DNA of 64,000 bases from Eledone cirrhosa (Eukaryota), in NCBI GenBank assembly GCA_964016885.1, contig OZ024766.1, positions 1,426,001 through 1,490,000 of the forward strand, read 5' to 3'. Shown here piece by piece: positions 26,700 to 39,837 of the stretch. Both the position numbers and the translations under genes were made by a program. How positions within the stretch are numbered: position 1 is the first letter of the stretch; the number at the start of each line of letters is the position of its first letter. The notes under the pieces were generated by a model, which saw only the letters and a program-made list of their open reading frames with translations, did no database searches and had not been told where the DNA came from.

Positions 26700-27260
26700 A
26701 TGTGTCACAAAACTTAGGGTGTTTGGAACATAACTTAACAAAGGTTCTTAGATAAAATTATGATGAAAGGTTCTTAGATAAAATTATGATGAAAGGTTCT
26801 TAGATAAAATTATGATGAAAGGTTTTTAGATAAATATAAACACTTTAAAACAGTTTTGTATCATAGAACCAGGGGTGTTTGGGACATAACTTAACAAAGG
26901 TTCCTACATAAAATTATGATGAAAGGTTTTTAGATAAATATAAACACTTTAAAACAGTTTTGTATCATAGAACCTGGGGTGTTTGGGACATAACTTAACA
27001 AAGGTTCCTACATAAAATTATGATGGAAGGTTTTTAGATAAATATAAACACTTTAAAACAGTTTTGTATCATAGAACCTGGGGTGTTTGGGACATAACTT
27101 AACAAAGGTTCCTACATAAAATTATGATGAAAGGTTTTTAGAATAAATATAATCACTTTAAAACAAATAGTTTTGTATGATAGAACCAGGGGTGTTTGGA
27201 ACATAATTTAACAAAGGTTCTGACAAACAGTTCTGTATGATAGAACCGGGAGGCAGTATC
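26700..27260. repeat. ~105-bp tandem repeat (GGGTGTTTGGGACATAACTTAACAAAGGTTC...), with a related copy at 32890-33050
   Basis: Direct reading. Confidence 0.85.
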
Positions 27261-27454
27261 AGGAATGCTGGTAACAAAAGGGTTAAACATTTATAAAAAT
27301 CAACTACTTCAAACATATTCAAATGAGATATATGAAATGACAGGCTGCAAATTTAACAGATTTCATGAAACTTGAAGTGACCCCAAAGAACAGAGGTCAA
27401 GAATCCCTTTTCTCTGGATTGTGCTGGGGTTTTGTATTCTGGTACATATATAAT

Positions 27455-27494
<40 letters not shown>

Positions 27495-27716
27495 TATATA
27501 TATATAAATACACACACACACATACATATGTATATATAAATACACACACACACATACATATGTATATATAAATACACACACACATACCATTATTAATATA
27601 AATACACATGCACACACACATATGTGTATATACACATACACACACACACACACATACATACATATATATATATATAAATACACACACACATACCATTATT
27701 AATATAAATACACATG

Positions 27717-27764
<48 letters not shown>

Positions 27765-28165
27765 GCAAATTTAATAATTTGCTAAGGTAAGATTTTTTTT
27801 GCTACCTTAGCAATTTTAATTTTCTTTCTAGTGCATTGTATGGTTTACAAAATTATTTAAATTTGTGTTTCCTGTTCAACAATGCTTCAAGCAAACTACT
27901 ATGTACATATATATATATATATACATGCATATATATATATATATAATACACACAGAAATTGTGGTGTGTATATATAAAGCAGATGGATGTGAAAAGGGGT
28001 GGGGGTGGGGTGGACAAAGCTACTACAGTTATTGTTACTTATAATACATCAATATACACACACATCCATATATGTATATATATATGCACACACACATATA
28101 TATATATATACACACACACATATATATATATATATATACACACACACATATATTTATTCTTTCTC

Positions 28166-28202
<37 letters not shown>

Positions 28203-28269
28203 ATATAGGGGTCTAAGCCAGTGTATTGGGGTTTAAGGATGTGAATGCTACTACAACACAACATATATA

Positions 28270-29974
28270 CAAGGGGGCTTCAAAAAGTTTGTGGAAAAAG
28301 TACATAGTTAAAAATTATATGCAGGGATTTTTATCTCAATGCACCCGGATGTTCTCGTACTAACGTGTGATAACATGTTCTAAAATGAACCCTTAAATAC
28401 ATGTTGCAATGCAGCGCCACCTGCTGGAAGTCAGTGCTCCCTCGAGTAACATGGCCTCCATCAAAACTGAAGGCAGTACAAATTTCAAATTCATGGAAAA
28501 GCTAGGGTGGAAGAGCAACCATATCATTGTCGCTCTGGAGCAAGTTTACGGGGACAATGCCCCAAAGAAATCAACAACCTACAAATAGATAAGTCGTTTT
28601 AAAAGTGGAACAGATCAGGTTGAAGATGATCTCCGCAGTGGCAAGCCATCCACGTCAGTCTGAGTGGAAAACATTGATGCTTTTCGCGACCTAATTGAAA
28701 AGGATAGGCAAATAACCACTGAATCAGTAGCAGACACACTCAGTATCTCCGTTGGTTCTGCACACGTGATTCTGCTGGTGGAGGGTTTGGGGCTGAGCAA
28801 GCTTTCCGCTCGATGGGTCCCAAAGCTGTTGCGATCAGATCAGCAGGAAACAAGGGCAGATCTTTTGATGGAAATTTTGAACAATTGGGATTAAGACCCC
28901 TGAAGATTTTCTGCAGAGAATTGTTACCAGGGATGAAACATGGCTCTACGAGTACGGCCCCGAGGACAAAGCTCAATCGAAGCAGTGGCTGCCCCAGGGG
29001 CGGAAGTTGGCCAATCAAAGCAAAATTGGAGTGTTCAAGAGGGAAGGTCATAGCCACTATCTTCTGAGATACAGAGGGGATTTTGCAGGTTGACTTCCCC
29101 CGAGAACAATTACAGCTGCATATTATGAAGGCATTTTGAAAAAAACTGGCCAAGAAAATTGAGGAAAAATGCCTGGAGAGGCTGCATCAATGCGTTCTCT
29201 TCCACCACAACAATGTGCCCACTCATAGCACTTAGCAGACACAAGTTGTGTTACAAAAAACTCGATGGGAAATTTTCTGACACCCACCTTATCTCTTTAA
29301 CCTTTACATTACTCTATATTTACTATTATGTTTATGGTAAAGGCTTTATCTTACTTCAGGTCAGTCTTGAGTACTACTGGTAACATGTAACCCAGAACAA
29401 CCTGTCGCATGGTCGACTTAGAAGAGAACTATTGACCTTCAGGAGAAACAGCGACCCCTGATTGTATTCAGCAACCAAAACAAATATGAAGTACACCAAA
29501 TCCAATGCTCCTAGGGGCTGCCCAGGTTCTTCTTATTTGCGAGGGTAAACTCGGCCAGATTAGATTAGATTTATCTTACATAATATCTCACATAATATCG
29601 AATCTATGAGATTTTGAGGTTATTTATTTTGAGAACAATATCTTAACATAAATATGAGTTGCCAGATACAGCCGGTTTAAATGCTAAAGGGTTAAAATCC
29701 CAATTTAGCCCCATCCAACTTCTTTTTGTTTCCAAACCTGACAAAACCATTGCAAAGTAGCCATTTCCCATCAGTTGAAGATGTAAAAAAAAAGCTGCCT
29801 TGTCATGGTTTAAATCACATGGCCCTCAGTTTTACAAAGATGGATCTAAAGGCTGGTATCAATGTTTCCACAAGTGTACTGACCTAGCTGGAGCATATGT
29901 TGAACATTAAACATCATAACTTAAACCGCTTTTTTCCAACTGTCCCTTTTCCACAAACATTTTGAAGCCCCCTC

Positions 29975-29975
<1 letters not shown>
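28270..29975 (+). mobile_element. Full-length degenerate mariner (DD34D) transposon with nested insertions
   Basis: 29-bp TIRs C(A/G)AGGGGGCTTCAAAA(A/T)GTTTGTGGAAAA, TA TSD. Transposase from ATG 28451 with WVPKLL, DETWLYEY, HPPY..PNLAPSNFFLFPNL; contains stops and frameshifts. Confidence 0.92.
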
Positions 29976-30028
<53 letters not shown>

Positions 30029-30074
30029 CCCATGCTAGCGTGGAAGATAGACGTTAAATGATGATGATGATATA

Positions 30075-30500
30075 TATATATATATAATAGACTGAGCCGG
30101 TGTAGGGGGTGTTAAGGATATGAAAGCTACTACAACACATATATATAATAGACTGAGCCAGTGTAGAGGGTTGTTAGGATATGTAAGCTACTACAACACA
30201 AACATATATATATATATAAATATATATATATATAATGGACTGAGCCAGTGTAGGGGGGGGGTGCTAAGGATATGTAAGCTACTACAACACAAACACATAT
30301 ATATATATAAATATATATATATATAATGGACTGAGCCAGTGTGGGGGGGGGGGGGGGTTAAGGATATGTAAGCTACTACAACACAAACATATATATATAT
30401 AATGGACTGAGCCAGTGTAGGGGGGTGTTAAGGATATGAAAGCTACTACAACATATATATATATAATGGACTGAGCCGCTGTGGAGGGGTGTTAAGGTTG
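30075..30500. repeat. Tandem repeat GACTGAGCCAGTGTAGGGG..AAGGATATGTAAGCTACTACAACA with (TA) spacers, ~6 copies
   Basis: Direct reading; a single copy lies left of the mariner (28210-28262). Confidence 0.8.
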
Positions 30501-30521
30501 TGAAATTATTTATAGACATAC

Positions 30522-30533
30522 CTCCTACAAGAC
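30522..30533 (-). CDS. TLN: Candidate 12-nt talin microexon GTCTTGTAGGAG (adds GLVG)
   Basis: cattctctttcatccag acceptor, GAG|gtatgt donor; phase 1-1, no stop. Confidence 0.65.
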
Positions 30534-31299
30534 CTGGATGAAAGAGAATGGAATGATCCATGAGTGAGACATGGTATTGGGGGGAGGGGAGGCAGTGAGA
30601 GTAGCCAAATGTGGAGAGGGTGGGGGAAGTTGTAGTGGTGGAGTGGTGGTGGTGGTAGGGTGTAGTGGTGGTGTAGTGGTGGTGGTGTAGTGGTGGTGGT
30701 ATATGTGGTGGTGGTGGCGTAGTGTAGAGTGTAGTGGTGGTGGTGGTGTAGTGTAGTAGTATATGTGGTGGTGGAGTAGTGTAGTGTAGTGGTGGTAGTG
30801 TGGTGTAGTGTAGTGTAGAGTGTAGTGGTGGTGGTGGTGGTGTAGTGTTAAGCGTGGTGGTGGCGTAGTGTAGAGGGTAGTGGTGGTGGTGGTGTAGGGT
30901 AGTGGTGGTGGTGGTGGTGGTGGTGGTGTAGAGTGTAGTGGTGGTGTGGTGTAGTGGTATATGTGGTAGTAGAAGAGGTGGATAGCCAGGATGAGTTGTT
31001 AGAGTCAGAAAACCTCTACATCTACTCTCAAGATGGGTTAGTATAAAACAGAAACAGCAGCAATTACAGAAAGCACTGGCAACATTTGAGATGTAGTCCT
31101 CCCAATGGAAATGACTATAAGAAATAGTTGATCAGAAAAAATGGTTGAAAATCCTCTCTTACAAAGCCGCAAATCTCTCCACCTCACTTCACTTTTGAAA
31201 AATCACCCGTAACCTCTGGTGTCACGCAGTAATACAGAAGACCCGACTTCCCATGGGTACAAGCCGAAGCTGAAACATATAGACAGTATGACCCCACCC

Positions 31300-31715
31300 C
31301 CTCCCACTGTAAAGTGGTTGTGTAGGTGTCACAACAAAAGACACCCAGTCCACACTGTAAAGTGGTCATGTAGGTGTCACAACAAAAGACACCCAGTCCA
31401 CACTGTAAAGTGGTTGTGCAGGTGTCACAACAAAAGACACCCAGTCCACACTGTAAAGTGGTCGTGTAGGTGTCACAACAAAAGACACCCAGTCCACACT
31501 GTAAAGTGGTTGTGTAGGTGTCACAACAAAAGACACCCAGTCCACACTGTAAAGTGGTCGTGTAGGTGTCACAACAAAAGACACCCAGTCCACACTGTAA
31601 AGTGGTTGTGCAGGTGTCACAACAAAAGACACCCAGTCCACACTGTAAAGTGGTTGTGTAGGTGTCACAACAAAAAACACCCAGTCCACACTGTAAAGTG
31701 GACGTGCAGGTGCCA
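31300..31715. repeat. 48-bp minisatellite (~8.5 copies) amplified inside a SINE body
   Basis: Period 48 (31305, 31353, ...); single-copy equivalent at 44890-44935. Confidence 0.92.
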
Positions 31716-32261
31716 TGGTAAAAAAGCACCCAGCATTCACTGTAAATGAGGTTTGTGTTACGAAGGACCCCCATCTGTAGAAATCAGAAATTTGTATGAT
31801 TTTCAAAAGGATTCAACATCAAAGATGGGTGAGTTGCATAACGTTGAGTGCTTTCCTACCATTACATCATGATTAACATTGCTGAATGACCAACTCTACC
31901 CAATGGTGAACCACCAAATTTGTACGTGTATATATATATATACACACACACGTCCAAAAATAGCCGCCGAAACGGCTTGAGCTCTGCCGTCGAGGTCTTG
32001 AACATTTTCCTATATATATGTATATATAAATGTATATAAATGTATATATATATATATATTTCCAGAGATAGTTTACCAAATTTTCTCCAATTCCTGTGTT
32101 CAACTATTATTATAATCACTTACATTGTTACAACTACATTTCAAATAGCAAATATAATATATACATTTTTCTCAACATACATACAATCATATATAATTAA
32201 TAAATATTCTGATTAGTAAATAAATATATACACAGACACACACATATATACATAGACATAC

Positions 32262-32310
<49 letters not shown>

Positions 32311-32374
32311 CAAATATATAGTTTCTTGAAACCTTCAGTAATGAAATAATTATATTGTGTTGTTTATTATATAA

Positions 32375-32448
<74 letters not shown>

Positions 32449-32744
32449 TATAAATTATGTCCATAGAATCATTTGATAAGATATATACACCATTTCCTCT
32501 CCCAATCAGCATAATCAACCACACAAAAAACTAATTAAACCAGGCTATAAGATTAAAAGGCACCTATGAAGAAATAGTAGATAAATAAACAACAGCCATC
32601 TATTCACGATCAACAGCTATAAAATATTTACCCAGCATTTCAATAGCACGTGGGAATCGATTAAATATATCGTCAACCATACACAATTAGGTATAAAATT
32701 AAAGTTAGAAGAAAAAATGCATATAAACAGAAAAACAGATATAC

Positions 32745-32753
32745 CAGGAAAAT
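32745..32753 (-). CDS. TLN: Candidate 9-nt talin microexon ATTTTCCTG (adds DFP)
   Basis: actgatggtgttttatatag acceptor, CTG|gtatat donor (weak); phase 1-1. Confidence 0.4.
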
Positions 32754-33400
32754 CTATATAAAACACCATCAGTTTAGATTTTAAATTTGCATTGTATGTT
32801 TTAAAACAGCAACAACAACAAAAACAACAACAGCAACAACAAAATAAAAAAATGAAAAATATAAGAAAATAAAATGTGATAAAATGTTATATATAGAACC
32901 AGGGGTGTTTGGAACATAACTTAACAAAGGTTCTTACAAACAGTTTTCTATCATAGAACCAGGGGTGTTTGGAACATAACTTGACAAAGGTTCTTACATA
33001 AAATTATGATGGAAGGTTTTTAGCTAAATATAAACACTTTCAAACAGTTTATCTATGTAACTATATATATAAGAGGCTTATTTGTTTTATGAAATACTAT
33101 CATCCTTATATGTCTGTCTGTGTGTCTTTCGGGTGAGGAAGTGTTGGGGGAATTAGGGTGGTGAATTAAATGATAACGAGGCTGGGTGATCTAATTAAGG
33201 CTAACTAATTAACGAAGGGGACTAATTGGAGAAATAAATGAATATGAAACTATTAATAAAATGTAATAAACAACAAAAAGATGAAATAATAGTATATATA
33301 TATATATGTACATATATATATATGTACATATATATATATATATATGTACATATATATATATATATATGTATGTACATATAAATATATATACACACAAATA

Positions 33401-34070
33401 CAGGGTGGTCCAAAAGTCACAACTGTTTTTTATTTTATAATATTTTTCCTTTCTCTTCAGGAATTATATGAACTAGGCCTGGGAAATTAATTATGGAAAA
33501 ACACAGCACCGAGCAATGCACCCTAGTTGGCAAATACTTCTAAAACCAGGGATCGATAATTCAGACCCAGAGAGCACATCGGTGACATATGTTCCCAGTG
33601 ACAGTGCAATTAGGAAATTGGTTAATTGTTTCGAATAGCAAGGAGCAGTAAGTGATCCCTCATGAACTGGGAGGCCTTGCACTGTCAGAACTGATGAGAC
33701 AAGGGAACAAGTTGGAGAGAGTGTCAAGGAAAATCCGGGCACGTCGACTCAAAGGCAATCAAGACAGCTGGGGATTTCACGAACTTCGCTGCAAAGGGTT
33801 CTCAGAAACCTTGTTGCCCTTTTTCCATACAAGGTGCAACTGGTTCAACAACTGAAGCCCCCAAACTATCAACAGAGGCTCCAATATGCTGTCAGAATTC
33901 AGGAATTGGTGAGAAATGACCAACATTTACCCAAAATTTTACCCAAGGATTGATGAGGGCAAAATAATTTCCATTATGTCCTTTAAATCGTATCAAAATT
34001 TCATATTTCAATCTGTACAATTCAGGAAGTTAATAAAAACTAAAACCCGTGTGACTTTTGGGCCACCCTG
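33401..34070 (+). mobile_element. Internally deleted Tc1/mariner-superfamily element (N-terminal HTH region only)
   Basis: TIRs CAGGGTGG(T/C)CCAAAAGTCAC with TA TSD; peptide SAIRKLV..GRPCTVRT..ENPGTSTQRQSRQLGISRTSLQRVL..FPYKVQLVQQL. Confidence 0.88.
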
Positions 34071-35820
34071 TATATATATATAAAAATATATATGTACATA
34101 CATGCATGTGTATATATATATATACACACATATATATATATATATATATATTGACAAAAATATAAAATATAAATATAACAGAACTGATGAAGATTTTAAC
34201 GAACAAATTAACACAGGAATAAATTAATTATAATTTGTTAGCAATTAACAATTAATTAATAAATAAGTAATAAAGTCAATCAATCAGACAATTAATCCAG
34301 AACAAAAATTTAATTCATTAATTAAATAAAAATAATAAATTAATTAATGTATAAAAAAAAGTATTAATTATTTCAAAAACAGTTTTCATAATTACATAAT
34401 AACGAGGATATTAATAATAATATTAATAATAAAATGGTTTCTTATATAGGCAAAAGGCCAGTAATTTGGGGGGTGGGGAAAGTCGATTAAATCGACCCCA
34501 GTGTGTGACTGGTACTTTATTTTATTGACCCTGTAAGGATGAAAGGCAAAGTTAACCTCGGCGGGATTTGAAGTTGGAACATAAAGGGACGCAACTCTAT
34601 GCCACAAAGCATGTTGTCCGACGCCCTACCACTAAATAACATCATCATCATCGTCATCGTTTAACATCTATCTTCCACGCTAGCATGGGTTAGACGGGAA
34701 TTTGTCCCACTTGAGGCAAGATTGGTCGGGTGACCATGTGTCGCTCGTATAGGACTGTCTGGCAGGTTTTCTATGGCTGGATGCCCTTCCTAACACCAAC
34801 CACGTTTACAGTGTGGACTGGGAGGTTTTTACCGTGTTACCTACACGGCCACATTACAGTGTGGACTGTGTTTTTTTTATTTTGTCGTGACACCTACACA
34901 ACCTCATTTATTTAGGACTGGATGTTGTGGCACCAACATAACTTTACAGAGAAAGGATGGTGTTGATGGGGGTAGGGTTAGTGGGAGGGGGTGTATATTT
35001 GGTTAAGAGGTGCCTACTGACTGTAGGTTTCACTTTGTACATAGGTAAGGCGGGTCTTCTGTATTACTGCGTAGCGCCAAAGATCTCGGTCCAGTGACAT
35101 TGTCTTGGAGAGGTGTAAGTGTGTAAGGTCGGAATTTATCAACTCGTTCCAGGTTTTTCTGGGTCTACCTACTCCGTAACTTCCATCAATTTTGATCGCC
35201 CTGCACTTTTTTATACAGCTGTCGTCTTTAACGCGCATCACGGGGCCATACCAACAGAGTCTTCTCTCAAGTAAACAGCATCTGATCCCTCTTATTCCTA
35301 ATTTCTCACTTAGTTCACTTATGTGTGGCATATAGTTACATCCCTTTTACGGTTTGAGTTCAAATCCCGCTGAGGTTAACTTTGCCTTTCATCCTTACGG
35401 GGTCGAGAAAATAAAGTACCAGTAATGTACTGGGGTCGATTTAATCGACCCCCCCCCCCCCGCCCAAATTGCTGGTCCTTTACCTATATTATTATTATTA
35501 TTATTATTATTGTTAAAAAAGACAGTTTAGAAAGAAAAAGAATATTAATCATCATCAACATTATTATGGTTATCATCATCATCATCATGAACATCTTTAT
35601 CCAAGCAGTGATGCTATTAATAGGAGAGATATCTTTTCAGAGCAGCCAGACAGACAGACAGACAGGAAGAGGGGGGGGAGTAGATAGGAAGGGAATATAG
35701 AGAGAGGGGGAAGATATATAATTACAGAGAGGGAGAGAGAGAGATAAAAGCAAACACAAAGGGAGACAATCAGGAAAAAGCACACGAGAAAAGCAATGTA
35801 TGTATAATTAAAAGTGTGTG

Positions 35821-35852
<32 letters not shown>

Positions 35853-36020
35853 CACACACGTAACATATACACATATATACATATACACACACATACATAT
35901 ACACACATAAATAAATACATATATATAAATACATATATATATATAAATACATATCTATATATATATACATATATATATGTACATATGCATATATATACAT
36001 ATATATATGTATGTGTGTAT

Positions 36021-36058
<38 letters not shown>

Positions 36059-36377
36059 GTGTGTCTCATCTCCAATATGTTGGTTGGTGTGTTAAATTCA
36101 AATCTTCCAATACTTCTACAAACAGATAAGTCACTGTCATTATTTATTTATTTATTTTTTGGTTTTTGGTGGGCAGTGACTACACCTTTGACCATGCTTT
36201 ATCTACACCTTCTTTAACATCTCTGACCACCCCTCAAGCCACATATACCACCCTCTAATGATCTTAGACCCTTCTTATATGCGCCGAGAGCCCTTTAAAA
36301 TATATATTGGCCTGTAACCCTTTTGATACCCATTTGGCCAAAACCAGTTCAGCTTCTATGATACAAAATCACCCTAT

Positions 36378-37340
36378 TTAACCCTTTAGCATTTACATTA
36401 CTCTATATATACTATTGTATTTTCACAGCAAAGGCTTTACCTCACATAATACCTCACATAGCATTTACATTAGTCTATATATACTATTGTATTTTCACAG
36501 TAAAGGCTTTACCTCACATAATACCTCACATAACATTTACATTACTCTATATATACTATTGTATTTTCACAGTAAAGGCTTTACCTCACATAATACCTCA
36601 CATAACATTTACATTACTCTATATATACTATTGTATTTTCACAGTAAAGGCTTTACCTCACATAACATTTACATTACTCTATATATACTATTGTATTTTC
36701 ACAGTAAAGGCTTTACCTCACATAATACCTCACATAGCATTTACATTACTCTATATATACTATTGTATTTTCACAGTAAAGGCTTTACCTCACATAATAT
36801 CTCACATAACATTTACATTACTCTATATATACAATTGTATTTCACAGTAAAGGCTTTACCTCACATAATATCTCACATAACATTTACATTACTCTTTATA
36901 TACTATTGTATTGTCACAGTAAAGGCTTTACCTCACATAATACCTCACATAACATTTACATTACTCTATATATACTATTGTATTTTCACAGTAAAGGCTT
37001 TACCTCACATAACATTTACATTACTCTATATATACTATTGTATTTTCACAGTAAAGGCTTTACCTCACATAATATCTCACATAACATCTACATTACTCTA
37101 TATATACTATTGTATTGTCACAGTAAAGGCTTTACCTCACATAATATCTCACATAACATTTACATTACTCTATATATACTATTGTATTTTCACAGTAAAG
37201 GCTTTACCTCACATAATACCTCACATAACATTCACATTACTCTATATATACTATTGTATTGTCACAGTAAAGGCTTTACCTCACATAATATCTCACATAA
37301 CATTTACATTACTCTATATATACTATTGTATTTTCATGGT
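36378..37340. repeat. 72-bp (and shorter variant) minisatellite, ~13 copies, amplified from the left part of the TTAA MITE
   Basis: Period 72 (36390, 36462, 36534); starts with the MITE end TTAACCCTTTAGCATTT. Confidence 0.93.
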
Positions 37341-37999
37341 AATTATAACGAAAGTATTCTATCTGACATCTTGACTTAATTGCCCCGTTTATAAGGATTA
37401 ACCCCATGTAAACCCTGACTCTATCACACCCCTGCCACACCACATTTACCCAAAAAATAAAAATTAAAAAATGACAGATCTTTAACAAAATTAATAAAAA
37501 ATTAAAAATCAATAAAAAGTATTGTAAGAACTGAAAAAAAAAATAACTGATAATTACAATTACACACAATTAAAATACATTTAACTGATAATTGTAATTA
37601 ATATTATTTTAATTATTGAATTACAAATGGCACACAACAAACAAGAGCGTTGTTAAGTAGAAATATATTTAAAATTAAAAATAATAATAAACCAAACCTT
37701 TCTGAGATCCCCGCTGCACCCCACCCCGCCACTGGGCCCCACCCTCCCTTTTTAGGGGACAGTGAGGAGAGTGTTATAAACTAGATAGCGGTTGTTATGG
37801 TTAAATATATACACCATATTTCGTCCACCCAGGGACGATATATACAGTTCTTTTCAAGGGCGGTGCCCCAGCATGATCTAAGCCGGTAAGCTGGAACAGG
37901 TAAAAGAGTAGATGCTATGGATATTTAAGGTGTATAATTGAAGGTAATATATCTCCTTAACCTTTAACATGCTCTAGACAATATAAGGCGCCTATGGAG

Positions 38000-38850
38000 T
38001 AATCTCCCTTGCGACTAACCCAGGTTCTGCTGCATGTCGGGCCGAGGAGGCCAAACTCTCCAAGTACCAGTCGCTCTCCGACAGGTTCGCGGTCGTGCCC
38101 TTTGCAGTGGTGACTTATAGTATCCTTGGCCCTAGGGCTACCTCCCTACTTACCACCAGAGGCGCTGAGATGGCTACCCCTAGCAGTGGTGACTTATAGT
38201 ATCCTTGGCCCTAGGGCTACCTCCCTACTTACCACCAGAGGCGCTGAGATGGCTACCCCTAGCAGTGGAGACTTCTGGTGTCCTTGGCCCTAGGGCTACC
38301 TCCCTACTTACAAACATAGGTACAGACCTGGCTACCCGTAGCAGTGGAGACTTCTGGTGTCCTTGGCCCTAGGGCTACCTCCCTACTTTCCACCAGAGGC
38401 ACAGACCTGGCTACCTGTAGCAGTGGAGACTTCTGGTGTCCTTGGCCCTAGGGCTACCTCCCTACTTACAACCGTAGGTACAGAGTTGGCTACCCGTAGC
38501 AGTGGAGACTTCTGGTGTCCTTGGCCCTTGGGCTACCTCCCTACTTTCCACCAGAGGCACAGACCTGGCTACCTGTAGCAGTGGAGACTTCTGGTGTCCT
38601 TGGCCCTAGGGCTACCTCCTACTTACCACCAGAGGCACAGACCTGGCTACCCGTAGCAGTGGAGACTTCTGGTGTCCTTGGCCCTAGGGCTACCTCCCTA
38701 CTTACAACCGTAGGTACAGAGTTGGCTACCCGCAGGTGTGAGCCTCGTGAGATGAAATGGCTCTTTCAGCGCATCTCCCTTACCATCCTCCGGGGAAAAG
38801 GCTTTTCCTTTCTGTCTGCCGGGGCTGTGGGGCAGCCAGCACGTGGGACC
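38000..38850 (+). mobile_element. 3' end of a CRE-like (restriction-like endonuclease) non-LTR retrotransposon with an internal 79-bp tandem array
   Basis: PGSAACRAEEAKLSKYQSLSDRFAVVPFAV..VETSGVLGPRATSLL..EPREMKWLFQRISLTILRG; unit 79 bp, ~8 copies. Confidence 0.8.
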
Positions 38851-39258
38851 CCTTTTTCTCACAATACAGAGAGAGATGGGGTGGGTGAGAGAGATGGAGG
38901 TGGGTGAGAGAGATGGAGGTGATGACAGTGGGAGTTTGGTTCCTCTGTGTTCGGACCTGGTGTACATGAGATGGGGAGGGTGAGAGGGATGGAGGAGATG
39001 ACAGTGGGGTAGAACCCGGGTGGGGGGAGAGGTGGGGGGAGAGATGGGGGGGGAGAGATGGGGGGAATCAAGGTAAGAAAGGTTTGATTTAAAAAAAAAA
39101 TTTTTTTTTAAATAATTATATATATAAAAAAAAATTAATGCATTAATGAAAAACGTTTAGAGAGGTTAAAAAAAGAAAGGGGAGTAACTCAGGGTGACAC
39201 AACGCACAGCACATTATTTTTTCTTTGTTTTTGTTTTGTAGAGCAAGCCACAACAAAC

Positions 39259-39282
39259 CTTCGTTATCTTGGATGTGATAAG
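39259..39282 (-). CDS. TLN: Candidate 24-nt talin microexon CTTATCACATCCAAGATAACGAAG (adds AYHIQDNE)
   Basis: tttttcgtttttccag acceptor, AAG|gtttgt donor; phase 1-1, no stop. Confidence 0.65.
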
Positions 39283-39450
39283 CTGGAAAAACGAAAAACT
39301 TTTAAAGCTGAAAACAACCTTCAAACACTGGAGAGCTCGCATCGGATTTTATTTGAAGAGAGAAACAAGGGGAGGTAACAATGTAGTGTCGATAACAACA
39401 ACAACGGCAACAACAACAAACAGCAGCAATTGGTGCTTCTATATAATGTG

Positions 39451-39497
<47 letters not shown>

Positions 39498-39627
39498 CAC
39501 AGACACACCTGTATACATGTAAATATATGCATGCGTGTGTGTGTATATATGTGTTAATTTTGGTGCAGTATGATGTATGTGTGTGTGTGTATATATACAT
39601 ATACACACACACACATTGGTATTATTA

Positions 39628-39670
<43 letters not shown>

Positions 39671-39723
39671 GAAGGAACAGTAAGTTGCAGGTGTTATGAC
39701 AAACAAAATATGAGTGTTTAATA

Positions 39724-39793
<70 letters not shown>

Positions 39794-39795
39794 AC

Positions 39796-39837
<42 letters not shown>

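Noticed and set aside
36390-37340. Regular arrays resembling CRISPR (also 62312-63430)
   Set aside because: Eukaryotic context, no unique spacers, no cas genes.
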